DNA of 64,000 bases, from positions 1-64,000 of IMG/VR virus record IMGVR_UViG_3300037112_000094. One strand, written 5' to 3'. The notes under the pieces were generated by a model. That model saw only the letters and a list, made by a program, of their open reading frames with translations, was not told the DNA's origin and ran no database searches. Below are positions 23,677 to 33,582 of this stretch, in pieces. The position numbers were made by a program, and so were the translations under genes. Position 1 is the first letter of the stretch. Each line of letters starts with the position of its first letter. Source of the DNA: an uncultured virus (IMG/VR IMGVR_UViG_3300037112_000094). Lineage: Duplodnaviria > Heunggongvirae > Uroviricota > Caudoviricetes.

Positions 23677-24479
23677 TGAATCTTACCGTATCTAGCATGT
23701 TTCGCAACGATGCGCTCTATCTTCGCGAGTGGATCGAATTTCATCTGCTAATGGGTGTAGGGAGATTTTATCTCTACCATCAGGGAACCAGCACGCCGGA
23801 AGATGGCTGGAGGGAAGTTCTTCATCCGTATGTCGAGCGACGCATCGTTGATGTGAAAGAGTGGCCGTATAGGTGTCATCATAGCGGGGGCAGGAACGCC
23901 CAGATCGATGCGAATCAAGACTGCATCGACAGAATCAAAGGGCAAAAGGGATGGCTTGCCTTAATCGACAGCGATGAATTTCTTTTCTCGCCCCGCTACG
24001 AGACTGTTACCGAAGCGCTCGCTACTTTGCCGCAAACGTGCGGCGCTGTTGGGGTCCACTGGATGATGTTCGGATCGAGCGGGAAGCAGGAATGGGAAGA
24101 CGCTCCAGTGATCGAGCGATTTACTTGGAGGCCGAACGAAAGTCTTCCGTACAACCGCATGTACAAAAGCATCGTCAGACTGGACGATGCTGCCCTCTCA
24201 ACGCTTGGCAGTGAACACCATTTTCAGACCAGCGGTGGAACCATCAACGAAGATGGAACGCCTCTGCTCGACAGAGAGGCACCACCGCGCTCTTCCATCC
24301 TCCGGCTCAATCATTACTTTACAAAGTCGCGTAAAGAGTGGGAGCAACGGCATCCCATAGACACGAGCGGTGAGACTTGGGGGCGCGACGAAAATCGCTG
24401 GCTCTGGGTGCAGGCGATGGATGTAGACGACCGAACGATTCAACGATTTCTAGCAGCACTGAAAGAGAGACTGAAATGA
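23676..24479 (+). CDS. glycosyltransferase, GT92/GT2-like
   Basis: FRNDALYLREWIEFH..GV..FYLY; IDSDEF; LNHYFTKS. Confidence 0.85.
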   Translation: MNLTVSSMFRNDALYLREWIEFHLLMGVGRFYLYHQGTSTPEDGWREVLHPYVERRIVDVKEWPYRCHHSGGRNAQIDANQDCIDRIKGQKGWLALIDSDEFLFSPRYETVTEALATLPQTCGAVGVHWMMFGSSGKQEWEDAPVIERFTWRPNESLPYNRMYKSIVRLDDAALSTLGSEHHFQTSGGTINEDGTPLLDREAPPRSSILRLNHYFTKSRKEWEQRHPIDTSGETWGRDENRWLWVQAMDVDDRTIQRFLAALKERLK

Positions 24480-25000
24480 ATATCGCGCGAGCTTTGGCGA
24501 CGCCCGGTTGGATGAGCGAAGGGGAACTGTCTTACTTGGCCGAGGCTGCGAGTCGACGCCGTACCATCCTCGAAATTGGAAGCTGGGAAGGACGCAGCAC
24601 GATAGCTCTGGCTGAGAACACGAAAGGTGTCGTCTACGCTGTCGATAGCTGGACTGGAAGCATGGATCACAGGAGCGAACTGAGCGTGCAGGTATTGCCT
24701 GATTTTCTTCGCAATACTCAAGGCTTAAACAACATCCTTCCAGTTCCAATGGCATCACTGAGAGCGTGTGCGGTCCTTACGGAGTGCGTCGTTGACTTCG
24801 ATATGATCTTTATCGATGCTTCGCATGAATATCAGGACGTGAAGGCGGACATTCTTGCGTGGCGACAACTGTTGAGCCATGGTGGAATCCTGTGCGGCCA
24901 CGATTATGGAAACGAGTGGGCTGGGGTGAAGCAAGCCGTCGACGAACTGATTCCAAACTTTAGGCTGGTTGAAACCATTTGGACCACGGAGGAAGCATGA
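24476..25000 (+). CDS. class I SAM methyltransferase
   Basis: LEIGSWEGRST; FIDASHEY; GGILCGHDY. Confidence 0.85.
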   Translation: MNIARALATPGWMSEGELSYLAEAASRRRTILEIGSWEGRSTIALAENTKGVVYAVDSWTGSMDHRSELSVQVLPDFLRNTQGLNNILPVPMASLRACAVLTECVVDFDMIFIDASHEYQDVKADILAWRQLLSHGGILCGHDYGNEWAGVKQAVDELIPNFRLVETIWTTEEA

Positions 25001-25653
25001 GCGACTACCGCGTTTTTGTGCCGTTTGTAAACCGTCCCGACTTGCTCCACAACGCCGTCGAATCGCTGGCAGACGTGAAGCAGTACCTCGCCATCATCGA
25101 CAACTCGGTGGGAGATCAAAAATATCCATGGGATAACTTCGAGTCTCAGACCTTCAGACCTGTCGTTCCATACACGTTTTCGCAGACGATGAATCTGATC
25201 CTCAAGATCACGCGAGATACGGACGCAAAAATCTGCGTATTCATGCACTCGGACGCAGAGGCCGGTCCGGGTTCAGTGATGGCGCTGATATCTCAGGCAC
25301 GAAAGCTGACCGCCGAAGGCACGAAGTGGGGAGTGCTCTTCACAAATTACGATGCTCTCGCCGCGTTCAACGTGAACGCCTTCGAAGACATCGGCGGATG
25401 GGACACGAACCTTCCGCAATACTTCAGCGATAACGATACATATCGCCGCCTGAGACTCGCGGGCTGGGAGTGCATCGACACGGGCCTCCCAGTCAAGCAC
25501 GAACCATCACAGACGATCAAGAGCGATCCAAAGTTAAATTTCATCAACGGCGTGACCTTTCCACTCTACGGGTTCTATTACGAGCAGAAGCACGGAGGGC
25601 CTCCCGGAAAGGAAAGGTTCGACAAACCTTTTAATGGAGCGCTTGATCGATAA
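24997..25653 (+). CDS. GT2-like glycosyltransferase
   Basis: IIDNS; HSD; IGGWD...YFSDND..RR. Confidence 0.75.
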   Translation: MSDYRVFVPFVNRPDLLHNAVESLADVKQYLAIIDNSVGDQKYPWDNFESQTFRPVVPYTFSQTMNLILKITRDTDAKICVFMHSDAEAGPGSVMALISQARKLTAEGTKWGVLFTNYDALAAFNVNAFEDIGGWDTNLPQYFSDNDTYRRLRLAGWECIDTGLPVKHEPSQTIKSDPKLNFINGVTFPLYGFYYEQKHGGPPGKERFDKPFNGALDR

Positions 25654-25688
25654 CGGGGCGCTTGCACTTTTGCAAGCATAGTGCAAGA

Positions 25689-26318
25689 ATGGCAAGCACG
25701 AGGGAAAACATGGGCAGCGAAGGCGGCAAGGCACGCAATGCGAATCTCACTCCCGAGCGGCGCAAGGAAATAGCCAGAGAAGCCGGAAAAGCGCGATGGG
25801 CTAAGGTCAAAGCTGAGCAAGCGCAAGCTGATCCACCGGCCCCAGCACCAGAGCAGGAACCAGCACCGATAGTAACCCCCAAAAAGCCGCGCAAAACACA
25901 GCCAAAAGAGTTCGGCAAGGCGCACAACTACGCGGAGAAGCGCCTCGCGATGGCCCTCAAAGAGCGGGCTGAAGCCATGCAGCGTGTGGCGATGCTCAAC
26001 GTCGAGATTCCTTCGCTCGTCCAAGTAATCCGGGCGCTAGGCGGCACGGTGCATCCCCAAGCTCTCGTCGGCCCCACGCAGGGCTTCCCACCTCCGGATG
26101 GCGCGCAATTCGCCCAGCCACAGCCCATCTCCGAGCCGGTGCCGCTGCCGCCAGACGGAATCGATCAGGCGCTCTACCGGACCAACGCCGTGCCCATTCC
26201 GGGAATTTCAGGCCCGCCCGTGCCGCTGGTCCCGAACACGGCGGTCGGCGGAGCCATGGACCTCGACTACGTTCCGAGCGATGAGCCGCAGAGGCAGACA
26301 AAGGATGGTTGGCGATGA
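25689..26318 (+). CDS. hypothetical protein with basic N-terminal motif and Pro-rich tail
   Basis: GSEGGKARNANLTPERRKEIAREAGKARW. Confidence 0.65.
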   Translation: MASTRENMGSEGGKARNANLTPERRKEIAREAGKARWAKVKAEQAQADPPAPAPEQEPAPIVTPKKPRKTQPKEFGKAHNYAEKRLAMALKERAEAMQRVAMLNVEIPSLVQVIRALGGTVHPQALVGPTQGFPPPDGAQFAQPQPISEPVPLPPDGIDQALYRTNAVPIPGISGPPVPLVPNTAVGGAMDLDYVPSDEPQRQTKDGWR

Positions 26319-26518
26319 GCTATCACGACCTGAGCGAATGCACCTTGACGCCAGATGAACGTCTGGATGAGGCCAATCGAATCATCGAGATGCTCGAAGG
26401 CTTTGAATCCGAGATTCGCCCCAACGAGAAAGACATGATGGCGAAGGTTGAGGCTTTCGGCAACTGCTCCGTCAAGCAACTTTTCTGGCTGCGCGACATA
26501 AAAGACAGGGTTTTATGA
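26315..26518 (+). CDS. hypothetical protein
   Basis: ATGA overlap with the upstream gene. Confidence 0.6.
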   Translation: MSYHDLSECTLTPDERLDEANRIIEMLEGFESEIRPNEKDMMAKVEAFGNCSVKQLFWLRDIKDRVL

Positions 26519-26683
26519 GCGAAGACGAGGTTCGTGTCGATATTTCGTTCTACCGGGATCAGAATGGAGACCTGCGCGAGCGCCGCCGCGCGAACTTAGT
26601 GAGGAAGAGGCGCGTAAAATGCTTGAAGCTGGAGTCACCTATTGGCGCTTGATGTTCGCCGCGCTTGAGAAGGCCAAAGGGAG

Positions 26684-27625
26684 CTATCCAGAGGTGGATA
26701 AACTGGACACGGGCACAAAGCCGTAGCGCCCGCTGGGCTGGTTCCCCGAGTGGCAATTTGAGCGAAAACCGCACGGTTGGGGCCAATCACAGGTCGATAG
26801 CTGTTGATCCGGAAGTTCCTTCGTAGCCCATATTTCATCCAGCCTTCGCGCGGCGAGATCGAGGATTCTTTGTCGCGCCACCTTTTCTGGGACAGGAAGA
26901 TCAACTACAAGGAGCGCGTCCTGTAAAACTGAGTCGTCAAGCATGGCTTGCAACCAATCTTGGGTGCTAAACTCGCCATGATCCTCACGCCAAATTTGTC
27001 CCCAAGTGCTTTTGAAGCCTTCGCTTACGTTGTTTCTCCTTCTAAATCTTATCTGCCTGTTCACGGGATGACTGTAGGCTTTGGACCAGCAGCTATGGAA
27101 TTTTCCATCTTTGTGCGCCCCTAAAAGAACCACGCCTATCTGAAGCGGGAGATTATGGACGCAGACGCTTCCGAGACTGCCCCAAGACCGGCAAAGGCTA
27201 TAATGCCGGTCATCGTTCCATGAGGAAGCGAAAACGATACGGCGTAGACGGGCTCCAGAGGGGTCTAGGAGCACGTCCGATGACCACGCGTGGCCGTTTC
27301 CTATCTCGACCGTCTCAGGCGGCTTCCACGGGGCATCTTTGCGCAGGACGGTGGCCACGGCTTCGGCTATGGCTGAGAGATGGACGATTTCGTCGTGAAT
27401 GTTTAATTGTTTGCTCACCAGTCCATGGTTGGCACCCAATGAGTAGAGCGCCTCACCAGCCGCCAGACCCCAATCTTTCTTCGTTGGCTCCGTCAGACCG
27501 GTACGGACGCCGATCTGGAGCATCTGGGTCGCGGTGAGCTTCGTAGATTCCCACTCTCGCATCCAGAAGGCTTTGCGGCGGCACTCCTCGAAAGCGGTAA
27601 GGAGTTCGTCCGTCCCGGCGCTCAT
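26684..27625 (-). CDS. PD-(D/E)XK (Cas4/AddB-like) nuclease-family protein
   Basis: N-terminal FEECRRK and C-terminal CDWPQPCGFRSNC Cys set. Confidence 0.6.
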   Translation of the reverse strand: MSAGTDELLTAFEECRRKAFWMREWESTKLTATQMLQIGVRTGLTEPTKKDWGLAAGEALYSLGANHGLVSKQLNIHDEIVHLSAIAEAVATVLRKDAPWKPPETVEIGNGHAWSSDVLLDPSGARLRRIVFASSWNDDRHYSLCRSWGSLGSVCVHNLPLQIGVVLLGAHKDGKFHSCWSKAYSHPVNRQIRFRRRNNVSEGFKSTWGQIWREDHGEFSTQDWLQAMLDDSVLQDALLVVDLPVPEKVARQRILDLAARRLDEIWATKELPDQQLSTCDWPQPCGFRSNCHSGNQPSGRYGFVPVSSLSTSG

Positions 27626-28362
27626 TCTGTTCTCCCGTACTCGCCGTGGTAAACCCTCGACGCTTTACAGTAGGCCCGATGAGCCGCTTCTGGAGTCTCA
27701 AAATGCCCTAAAGAGGTAAGTTTGCCGTGAATTGTAATGCGGGCTCTGAATCGTCCAGTATGTTTGTCTACGCCGACACCTTTGAAACCGCTCACGCAAT
27801 CCTTGCGTACCCCGCAATTGAGCTTGCTCTGACGATGCGTAACGATTCTAAGATTTCCGCGCCCTCTAATCCTGCGCCGATTATCGAGCGTATTCCCATT
27901 TTCATGATCGACAACTCGCAAATCTTTCCGAGTGAGTCCAAGGATGAACCTGTGCATCCTAATTGTTTCCTGCTTTTTCCATTTTTCACGGTGGGTTCTG
28001 ATCGCGTAGAAACACTCATCCGCGCTGCTCCAAGCGGCCTGCCACCTCCACCTTGTTAGCCATTTATGGTCACGTTCGCATACGACTGCATACATGCCGA
28101 AGGTTAGGCCAATCAACTTGCAATATACGCCATCAATTTTGAAGGGTTTTGCGTCATTGAAATCGATTCGCTTGTGTGCTTGCGAGTGACCACTGATCCA
28201 CATTTTGGGCATTCCATTTACATGCCCACGTTTTGTGCTGGATTGTCGCGCGACAGCCGTCCTTATTCCGCATCCGCAGTGGCAATAGCCTAGCGGAACG
28301 TCGCAGTTTGGATCGCGGCAAATACAAAGATTTGGTGCTAATGTGAAACTATGGGCTGGCAT
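27622..28362 (-). CDS. HNH-AP2 homing endonuclease
   Basis: MHRFIL...VDHENGNTLDNR..NLR; SGFKGV...RARI...LGHF.TPEAAHRAY. Confidence 0.9.
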   Translation of the reverse strand: MPAHSFTLAPNLCICRDPNCDVPLGYCHCGCGIRTAVARQSSTKRGHVNGMPKMWISGHSQAHKRIDFNDAKPFKIDGVYCKLIGLTFGMYAVVCERDHKWLTRWRWQAAWSSADECFYAIRTHREKWKKQETIRMHRFILGLTRKDLRVVDHENGNTLDNRRRIRGRGNLRIVTHRQSKLNCGVRKDCVSGFKGVGVDKHTGRFRARITIHGKLTSLGHFETPEAAHRAYCKASRVYHGEYGRTE

Positions 28363-28426
28363 ATCGTCCTCCTTCGACGATTGGGCCGCAAGGCCGGTGC
28401 TCAAACACCGCTGGCCCTACTATAGC

Positions 28427-28666
28427 TCACTCTTCCTCGTCGTCCTCTTCCGGCTCCGCGTTCTTCTCTTCTTCCGGCTCTTCGCCATCTTTCTCGCGTT
28501 CGTCGTTGATCGCTTGAGCAACTTCCTCTGCTGGATAGTCCAACACGAGCCCCTCCTCCCCGGATTGACCGGTAAGCCACAACGCACAGCTTTTTTCGTC
28601 GATTTTCTTGATGGCGGTTACCGCCCAGATGTCCAGCCAAAGTTCGTCGAGAATCTGAATCAGCAT
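28427..28666 (-). CDS. small acidic protein
   Basis: 79-codon ORF; TAAATT 6 nt before ATG. Confidence 0.55.
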   Translation of the reverse strand: MLIQILDELWLDIWAVTAIKKIDEKSCALWLTGQSGEEGLVLDYPAEEVAQAINDEREKDGEEPEEEKNAEPEEDDEEE

Positions 28667-28682
28667 GGCTTCAATTTACCAC

Positions 28683-31600
28683 CTATTGTCCAAACTGTTG
28701 TCCGGGTTTCACCGAGCCAAAGCCGTGGAACTTCATCCACGCCCTTCCCATCGGAGTTTCGCCATCGGGAAACTTCTCAGCGTAGAACTTGCCGAATTCC
28801 TTGTTAGCCGCAGGCGTCGAATCGTGCATATGCTTCGTTGCCCACTCCGTCGCCTTCTGTGACAGGTCTGTTGGCGGCTTCAGCTTCTCCGCCGCCCTCT
28901 TCACGCTCTTGAGGATGTTGGGGTTCGAAGGATCGTGTGCGCCCTCATTTTTTACAGATTTTATCTGCTCGGGGTAAAAGGCGATATACGAGTCGGTGCC
29001 TTTGTCTTCAAACTCGTTCCGATAAACAATGCCGTCATAGCCTTCGCGCTTTGCTTTCGCAACAGCAGGAGCCCAATCGTCTTCCTGATCCTTTACGCGT
29101 TTTGGATTTTGAATTGAAAGATATGCTTCCGTGAGAGGCATATCTTCGTCAACTTCTTGCTCGGTTGCGCGTTGCTCAAGATCGCGTCTCGCTGCAGCCT
29201 CCGTTTCAAACCCCTCTTCGTCAAAGTCGTAAGATTCCTCACTCCCCGACGACCATCCCCATACCATCTTTCCGTCTTCGTTTTCGTATTGTTCGACCTT
29301 GCCCTCACGGATAAAGTCATCGACAAGCTTCCCGCCGTTCCTCGACTGAGCCGCATCTCGTGTTCCAAAATGAAATCCGTTTTCTCCGATGTCCGGAACG
29401 GGGTCCTCTTTTTCGTCGAACCATCCGGAGTGGAACACGGGCTTAGGCTTCCCACTTTCGTCGGTCACCTTCGATTCTTTGAACCACGTCTTGAATTCGG
29501 GAGTATCCGTCCTCGCAGCGGCAGGTTGCAGAGCCTCAGCTTCGCGCTTGACCTTTTCTAGGCCGACTCCTTCCGCTCCTCCGCGTTGCGCTGGCGGGCC
29601 AGTTCCCTCAGCCCCTTGAGGCCGTCCTTTTTGTACGCCTCCCATGCCTCTCGCATTTTCTTGGACTCCGGGGAATCGGTCTGTGGTCGAGAAGTAGACA
29701 TTTTTCACTTCCTTTGCTAATGCGGTGATGTGGAGAAGCTCGTTGAGCGCCTTGTCTCCGTGCTCTGCTTCGACAGCGTGGAAATACTGAAAGAGATATG
29801 CGGCCCACTCGTCGTCCGTCAAGCCCAAACTTCTTGGGGACTCAGAAAGCATCTTGGAAGACGCTTCAAGGACACGCCTGCGGTTCATCACTTCACTTCC
29901 GTCGTTCTTGATCTCTGGATAGTTGGTGCCGAGATAATCGCTCATCGTCTTCGGCATCGCGACGTTCAAATTCGCAAAGTGTTCCGGAGAAAGATGGTTT
30001 CCTGCTGCGTCCGCGAATCGCCTTTGCCAGCCATGGTTCAATTCCTCGCGCAATGTGGCGAGCGCCTCACTCAGACTCTCTCCCTTCCTCGGCATCATAG
30101 AGATTGTCAGGCCATTCTTGTCCATGCCCCTGAGCATCATCTGCGTCAGTTCGCCGTGGAGCAGTGGCTTCAGCAACGCGAGATTGTTTGTGATCGCCTT
30201 GATGTCTGAAACATCGAGCGAGAGTCCGCTGAGGCCGTAATTCTTCGGCGGCGGTCCACCCATCAAACCGTGGTAGAGAGCCTTAAGTCCGCCACGGTTC
30301 AGGTAGAGAACTCTGTTTCCATCGGGAAGCTTGCGAATCTCGCCGATTTCTTTGTTCTTCAGTTCCCCAATGCGTTGGGCGATCTCCTTGTACCGCTCAA
30401 GAGAGGGAGCCGCCTTCTGTGCCCACGCCTTATATTCAGCACCCCACTTCTCAATCTGCTCCGGCGTGCTTGTGGAGACAGGGTCCGCTGGCGGTGGAAT
30501 CTGATCAAGCATACGTTGCACTTCGTAGAGCGCCATTTCCTCTCTGGCGATCTCGACTTCGCTTGCGGGCTGCGGTTTGTAGAGCAGCTTGAACAACGCG
30601 AACGGCCTGTTATTTTTATCTTCGACGGATTCAGTTGGACCATTTTTCGCTATGATCTGTCCATGCCTGTTCAAAGATTCTGCGAGTTGTGCGGGGCTGA
30701 GTTCTGGAGATACCCGAGCCAGATCAACGCCGCCAAGAATTGGGGCCGATGGTGCTCCGTTTCCTGCGCCCAACTCGCCATTTCCCAAGACCCCGCCGCC
30801 AAGGCCAAGATCGCCGCTAAGATCAGTGCTGCTAACAAAGGGCGCAAAAGCCCCAAGGACGCTAGGGTTCGCCTTAACTGCGCGAACTGCGGCCAAGAAT
30901 TCCTTGTCTCTACCTGTAGGATTCGGAGGAAGTACCCCATCAAGTGCTGCTCTAAAGCGTGTGCCAGCCAATTGAAGAGCACTCGAAAGCCCTCTGGCTA
31001 CCGTCGCTCGGTCATCGACGGGAAGAGCGTTGCTGACCACATCATACTGGCTAAAAAGTTGTTTGGTAGTGAAGCCGTTCTTGGCAAGCACATCCACCAC
31101 ATCGACGGGGATCGACTGAATAACGATCCTAGAAACCTTATTGTTCTTACCGAGCGCCAGCATCGCAGTGTTCACAACTTCCAGTGGATGAATGGAATCC
31201 TGCTTACCGCCAATGACATGTTGCGTTTCTTCCCTGATGCCCTCTGGTGTGGCGCTCCGAATTTTCCCGCCGCCTAATTGCGGAAGAACTTGTTTTGTAA
31301 CGTCGATAGCGTGGTATCCATTCTCGTCCTTGCCGATCTTGAAAATGCGAGTGACCGCATCGAGCGAAGTTGGCTTGTTAGTTGCTATTTCCCCAGCGCC
31401 ATGTCCTGAAGTTTCTGGGACTTTCGATGCATCTAATTCAATCACATAGCCCCCGTCGTGAACGTAGCTCGTCGCGACATTCGGACGATCAGAGAAAAAT
31501 GTCAACCCTTGATGTCCGCTCTTTCCTAAGCGCGATGCCGTTTCAGAAGTGGAGGCTATGCTCTTCGACGCGAGTATATTTCCAAGTTCTTCTTCGCCAT

Positions 31601-32573
31601 TCGTGCCGCGATAGAGACGGTCCGGTGATTTGTTGGCGGAGAACACTACTTCCGCTGTTGACAAATCTGGTTCCTTGAACGAAGGCCGCTTTACCTCCGC
31701 TTCCTTCGGGCCGATTGTTTTCGGTGCAACCGCAAGCTTGTTTGCCTCAGCCTTCACTTCCGGCAGCGACGGAGGCTCGGCTCTCTTCATCTTCGCCATC
31801 GCGTCAACAACCGATCTGACTCCGGTCGATTGCGGAACGATTTCATGCTCTCCGGCGCGCTCAAACTCACCTTCGATGGTCTTCGGTCCCTCTGGGAAAA
31901 GCGCGCTTGTGTCGACCGCCGTTCCACGCACGGCGTGCGAGCCCGCGAGACCAGCCACTCCCAAACCGAGCAGCGATTGCGTAATGTACTGAGCCGCTTC
32001 TTTGTTCTTCCCTTCCTTAAAATCCTTTTCCGCTTCCTTCGCGTCGCGATACGATCCCCTCATGGCCTGCGTCGCGAAGAAGGCGCTCAGGAGCTTCGAT
32101 TCCGGAGCCGTGAGCATCAGCATGAGGTTCGCTGGCGTCAGCAGTCCCTCTGCAAAATTATGCGCGCCCATCATCGCGCCGCCAGTCAGCGGGAATGCTT
32201 TGTCGAACGCCTCGTTGGCTTTTCTGTTGCGCTCGTTGATTTCGGCTTCGGCTGGAGTGACGCCACCCGGAAATCCGAGCATCAGGTTGAATGCTTTGTT
32301 GATCCTGTCAGCCGTTTGTGGGATCGGCTGCGTAAGCCAATCCGGGATGGCGGAGCCTACAGGTTGCGCCGGGGCCAACTGGCGCGCGTGCTCCGACTCT
32401 TCCGTCATCACGCCAGCGGAAGATGGCAACGGAGACTGGCTCAGAGATTTGTCTTTTGTCGGCTTCGATTGCTTGAATTTTTTGATGACCGCAGCAACGT
32501 CTTCGTCGGGCAGAGTGGCCGGAAAGGCGATGATCGAATCGTCCACCTTGACGAGTTTGTGTTGTGCAGGCAC
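28683..32573 (-). CDS. large polyvalent protein with ADP-ribosyltransferase-like domains
   Basis: FKTWFKESKVTDESGKP..FH...YLSIQNP...GYDGIV...YIAFYPEQIKS; second LYRG...FFS motif; TATAAT-N6-GTG start. Confidence 0.7.
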   Translation of the reverse strand: MPAQHKLVKVDDSIIAFPATLPDEDVAAVIKKFKQSKPTKDKSLSQSPLPSSAGVMTEESEHARQLAPAQPVGSAIPDWLTQPIPQTADRINKAFNLMLGFPGGVTPAEAEINERNRKANEAFDKAFPLTGGAMMGAHNFAEGLLTPANLMLMLTAPESKLLSAFFATQAMRGSYRDAKEAEKDFKEGKNKEAAQYITQSLLGLGVAGLAGSHAVRGTAVDTSALFPEGPKTIEGEFERAGEHEIVPQSTGVRSVVDAMAKMKRAEPPSLPEVKAEANKLAVAPKTIGPKEAEVKRPSFKEPDLSTAEVVFSANKSPDRLYRGTNGEEELGNILASKSIASTSETASRLGKSGHQGLTFFSDRPNVATSYVHDGGYVIELDASKVPETSGHGAGEIATNKPTSLDAVTRIFKIGKDENGYHAIDVTKQVLPQLGGGKIRSATPEGIREETQHVIGGKQDSIHPLEVVNTAMLALGKNNKVSRIVIQSIPVDVVDVLAKNGFTTKQLFSQYDVVSNALPVDDRATVARGLSSALQLAGTRFRAALDGVLPPNPTGRDKEFLAAVRAVKANPSVLGAFAPFVSSTDLSGDLGLGGGVLGNGELGAGNGAPSAPILGGVDLARVSPELSPAQLAESLNRHGQIIAKNGPTESVEDKNNRPFALFKLLYKPQPASEVEIAREEMALYEVQRMLDQIPPPADPVSTSTPEQIEKWGAEYKAWAQKAAPSLERYKEIAQRIGELKNKEIGEIRKLPDGNRVLYLNRGGLKALYHGLMGGPPPKNYGLSGLSLDVSDIKAITNNLALLKPLLHGELTQMMLRGMDKNGLTISMMPRKGESLSEALATLREELNHGWQRRFADAAGNHLSPEHFANLNVAMPKTMSDYLGTNYPEIKNDGSEVMNRRRVLEASSKMLSESPRSLGLTDDEWAAYLFQYFHAVEAEHGDKALNELLHITALAKEVKNVYFSTTDRFPGVQENARGMGGVQKGRPQGAEGTGPPAQRGGAEGVGLEKVKREAEALQPAAARTDTPEFKTWFKESKVTDESGKPKPVFHSGWFDEKEDPVPDIGENGFHFGTRDAAQSRNGGKLVDDFIREGKVEQYENEDGKMVWGWSSGSEESYDFDEEGFETEAAARRDLEQRATEQEVDEDMPLTEAYLSIQNPKRVKDQEDDWAPAVAKAKREGYDGIVYRNEFEDKGTDSYIAFYPEQIKSVKNEGAHDPSNPNILKSVKRAAEKLKPPTDLSQKATEWATKHMHDSTPAANKEFGKFYAEKFPDGETPMGRAWMKFHGFGSVKPGQQFGQ
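30663..31277 (+). CDS. HNH endonuclease nested antisense inside the polyvalent protein gene
   Basis: two CxxC...CSxxC zinc motifs; IHHIDGDRLNNDPRNL...H...H; TATGAT-N6-ATG. Confidence 0.85.
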   Translation: MPVQRFCELCGAEFWRYPSQINAAKNWGRWCSVSCAQLAISQDPAAKAKIAAKISAANKGRKSPKDARVRLNCANCGQEFLVSTCRIRRKYPIKCCSKACASQLKSTRKPSGYRRSVIDGKSVADHIILAKKLFGSEAVLGKHIHHIDGDRLNNDPRNLIVLTERQHRSVHNFQWMNGILLTANDMLRFFPDALWCGAPNFPAA

Positions 32574-32670
32574 GGCACGATTATAGACGAAATTCAACGA
32601 TTTACGGAGTATAATCGGGGCGTCAGGTGTTTGCGCACCCGGCTCACGCCAACCGGAAAAGAGGTTTCCG

Positions 32671-33582
32671 ATGACACCCCACGAAGAAAATATACCAGAA
32701 AGCATAAAGCGGGTTTGCTGCAAATGCCGTATCCCGAAAATACTGGAGGAATTCCATGTTGATCGAGGAGAGCCGCATGGGCGAAAGTATAAATGCAAAA
32801 TATGCACGTACTCTGACAAGAAAGCAAGCTACAGAGAGAAGCATCCGAAACGCGAGATCGTCAGACCAGAATCAAAAATATGCTCTTCTTGCACCTGCTC
32901 ATTTAATGGGGTGCCTCAGCCGTTGGGCAACTATTCAAGATCAAAAAGCGGCCTCTACGGTCGTGCCTCGCGATGTAAGCAATGCGGGCGATCCTATCAG
33001 CAGAGGCAGTATGAGAAAGACGCCGATCACGTCAAGGAGATAAAAAGGAAATCAGAAAATAAAAATAGGGGACATAAGCGATTATGGCTGCTGAAAAAAT
33101 TGGAGGAAGACCCCGAATACAGAAAGCGTATATGTTCAAACTCTTATCTCAGAAATAAGGGGGCGATAGCCTCTAAAGCAAGGAGTAAAAGAATGAATAA
33201 TCAAGATGTTGCAACATGGGACAGAAAAAACAGACTGAAAAGTCGTGGAGTAGATTTAGAGTGGTACGAAAAGACCCTCGCCGCTCAAGGTGGAGTGTGC
33301 GCTATTTGCGGGTCGCCTGACAGTAGGTATCCAACCGGAAGATTTTCTATCGACCACGATCATAATTGCTGTAAACCCGGTCGGTCATGCGACAAATGCC
33401 GCCGTGGTTTGCTTTGTGTACTTTGCAATACGTGGATTGAGAGATTTGAGAAATACCCGAAGCTCGCGAGACGCGCGCTTGCATATCTAAACAGGCACAA
33501 GCGTTGCAGAGAAGATGATCTAGCAGACTTGCCGCTGTTTGAAGATCAAACGGGTATTATTCTCCCAAGCTCTTCGCTGTAG
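32671..33582 (+). CDS. endonuclease VII-like homing endonuclease
   Basis: QGGVCAICG...IDHDH..C...RGLLCVLCN. Confidence 0.85.
   Translation: MTPHEENIPESIKRVCCKCRIPKILEEFHVDRGEPHGRKYKCKICTYSDKKASYREKHPKREIVRPESKICSSCTCSFNGVPQPLGNYSRSKSGLYGRASRCKQCGRSYQQRQYEKDADHVKEIKRKSENKNRGHKRLWLLKKLEEDPEYRKRICSNSYLRNKGAIASKARSKRMNNQDVATWDRKNRLKSRGVDLEWYEKTLAAQGGVCAICGSPDSRYPTGRFSIDHDHNCCKPGRSCDKCRRGLLCVLCNTWIERFEKYPKLARRALAYLNRHKRCREDDLADLPLFEDQTGIILPSSSL

Noticed and set aside
30640..31280. Intein or group I intron in the large gene
   Set aside because: No intein terminal motifs or intron core were recognised, and the endonuclease is on the opposite strand.
32574..32819. N-terminal extension of the 1378-aa ORF given in the track
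   Set aside because: It overlaps the antisense endonuclease gene; a TATAAT-N6-GTG start at 32573 is more plausible.
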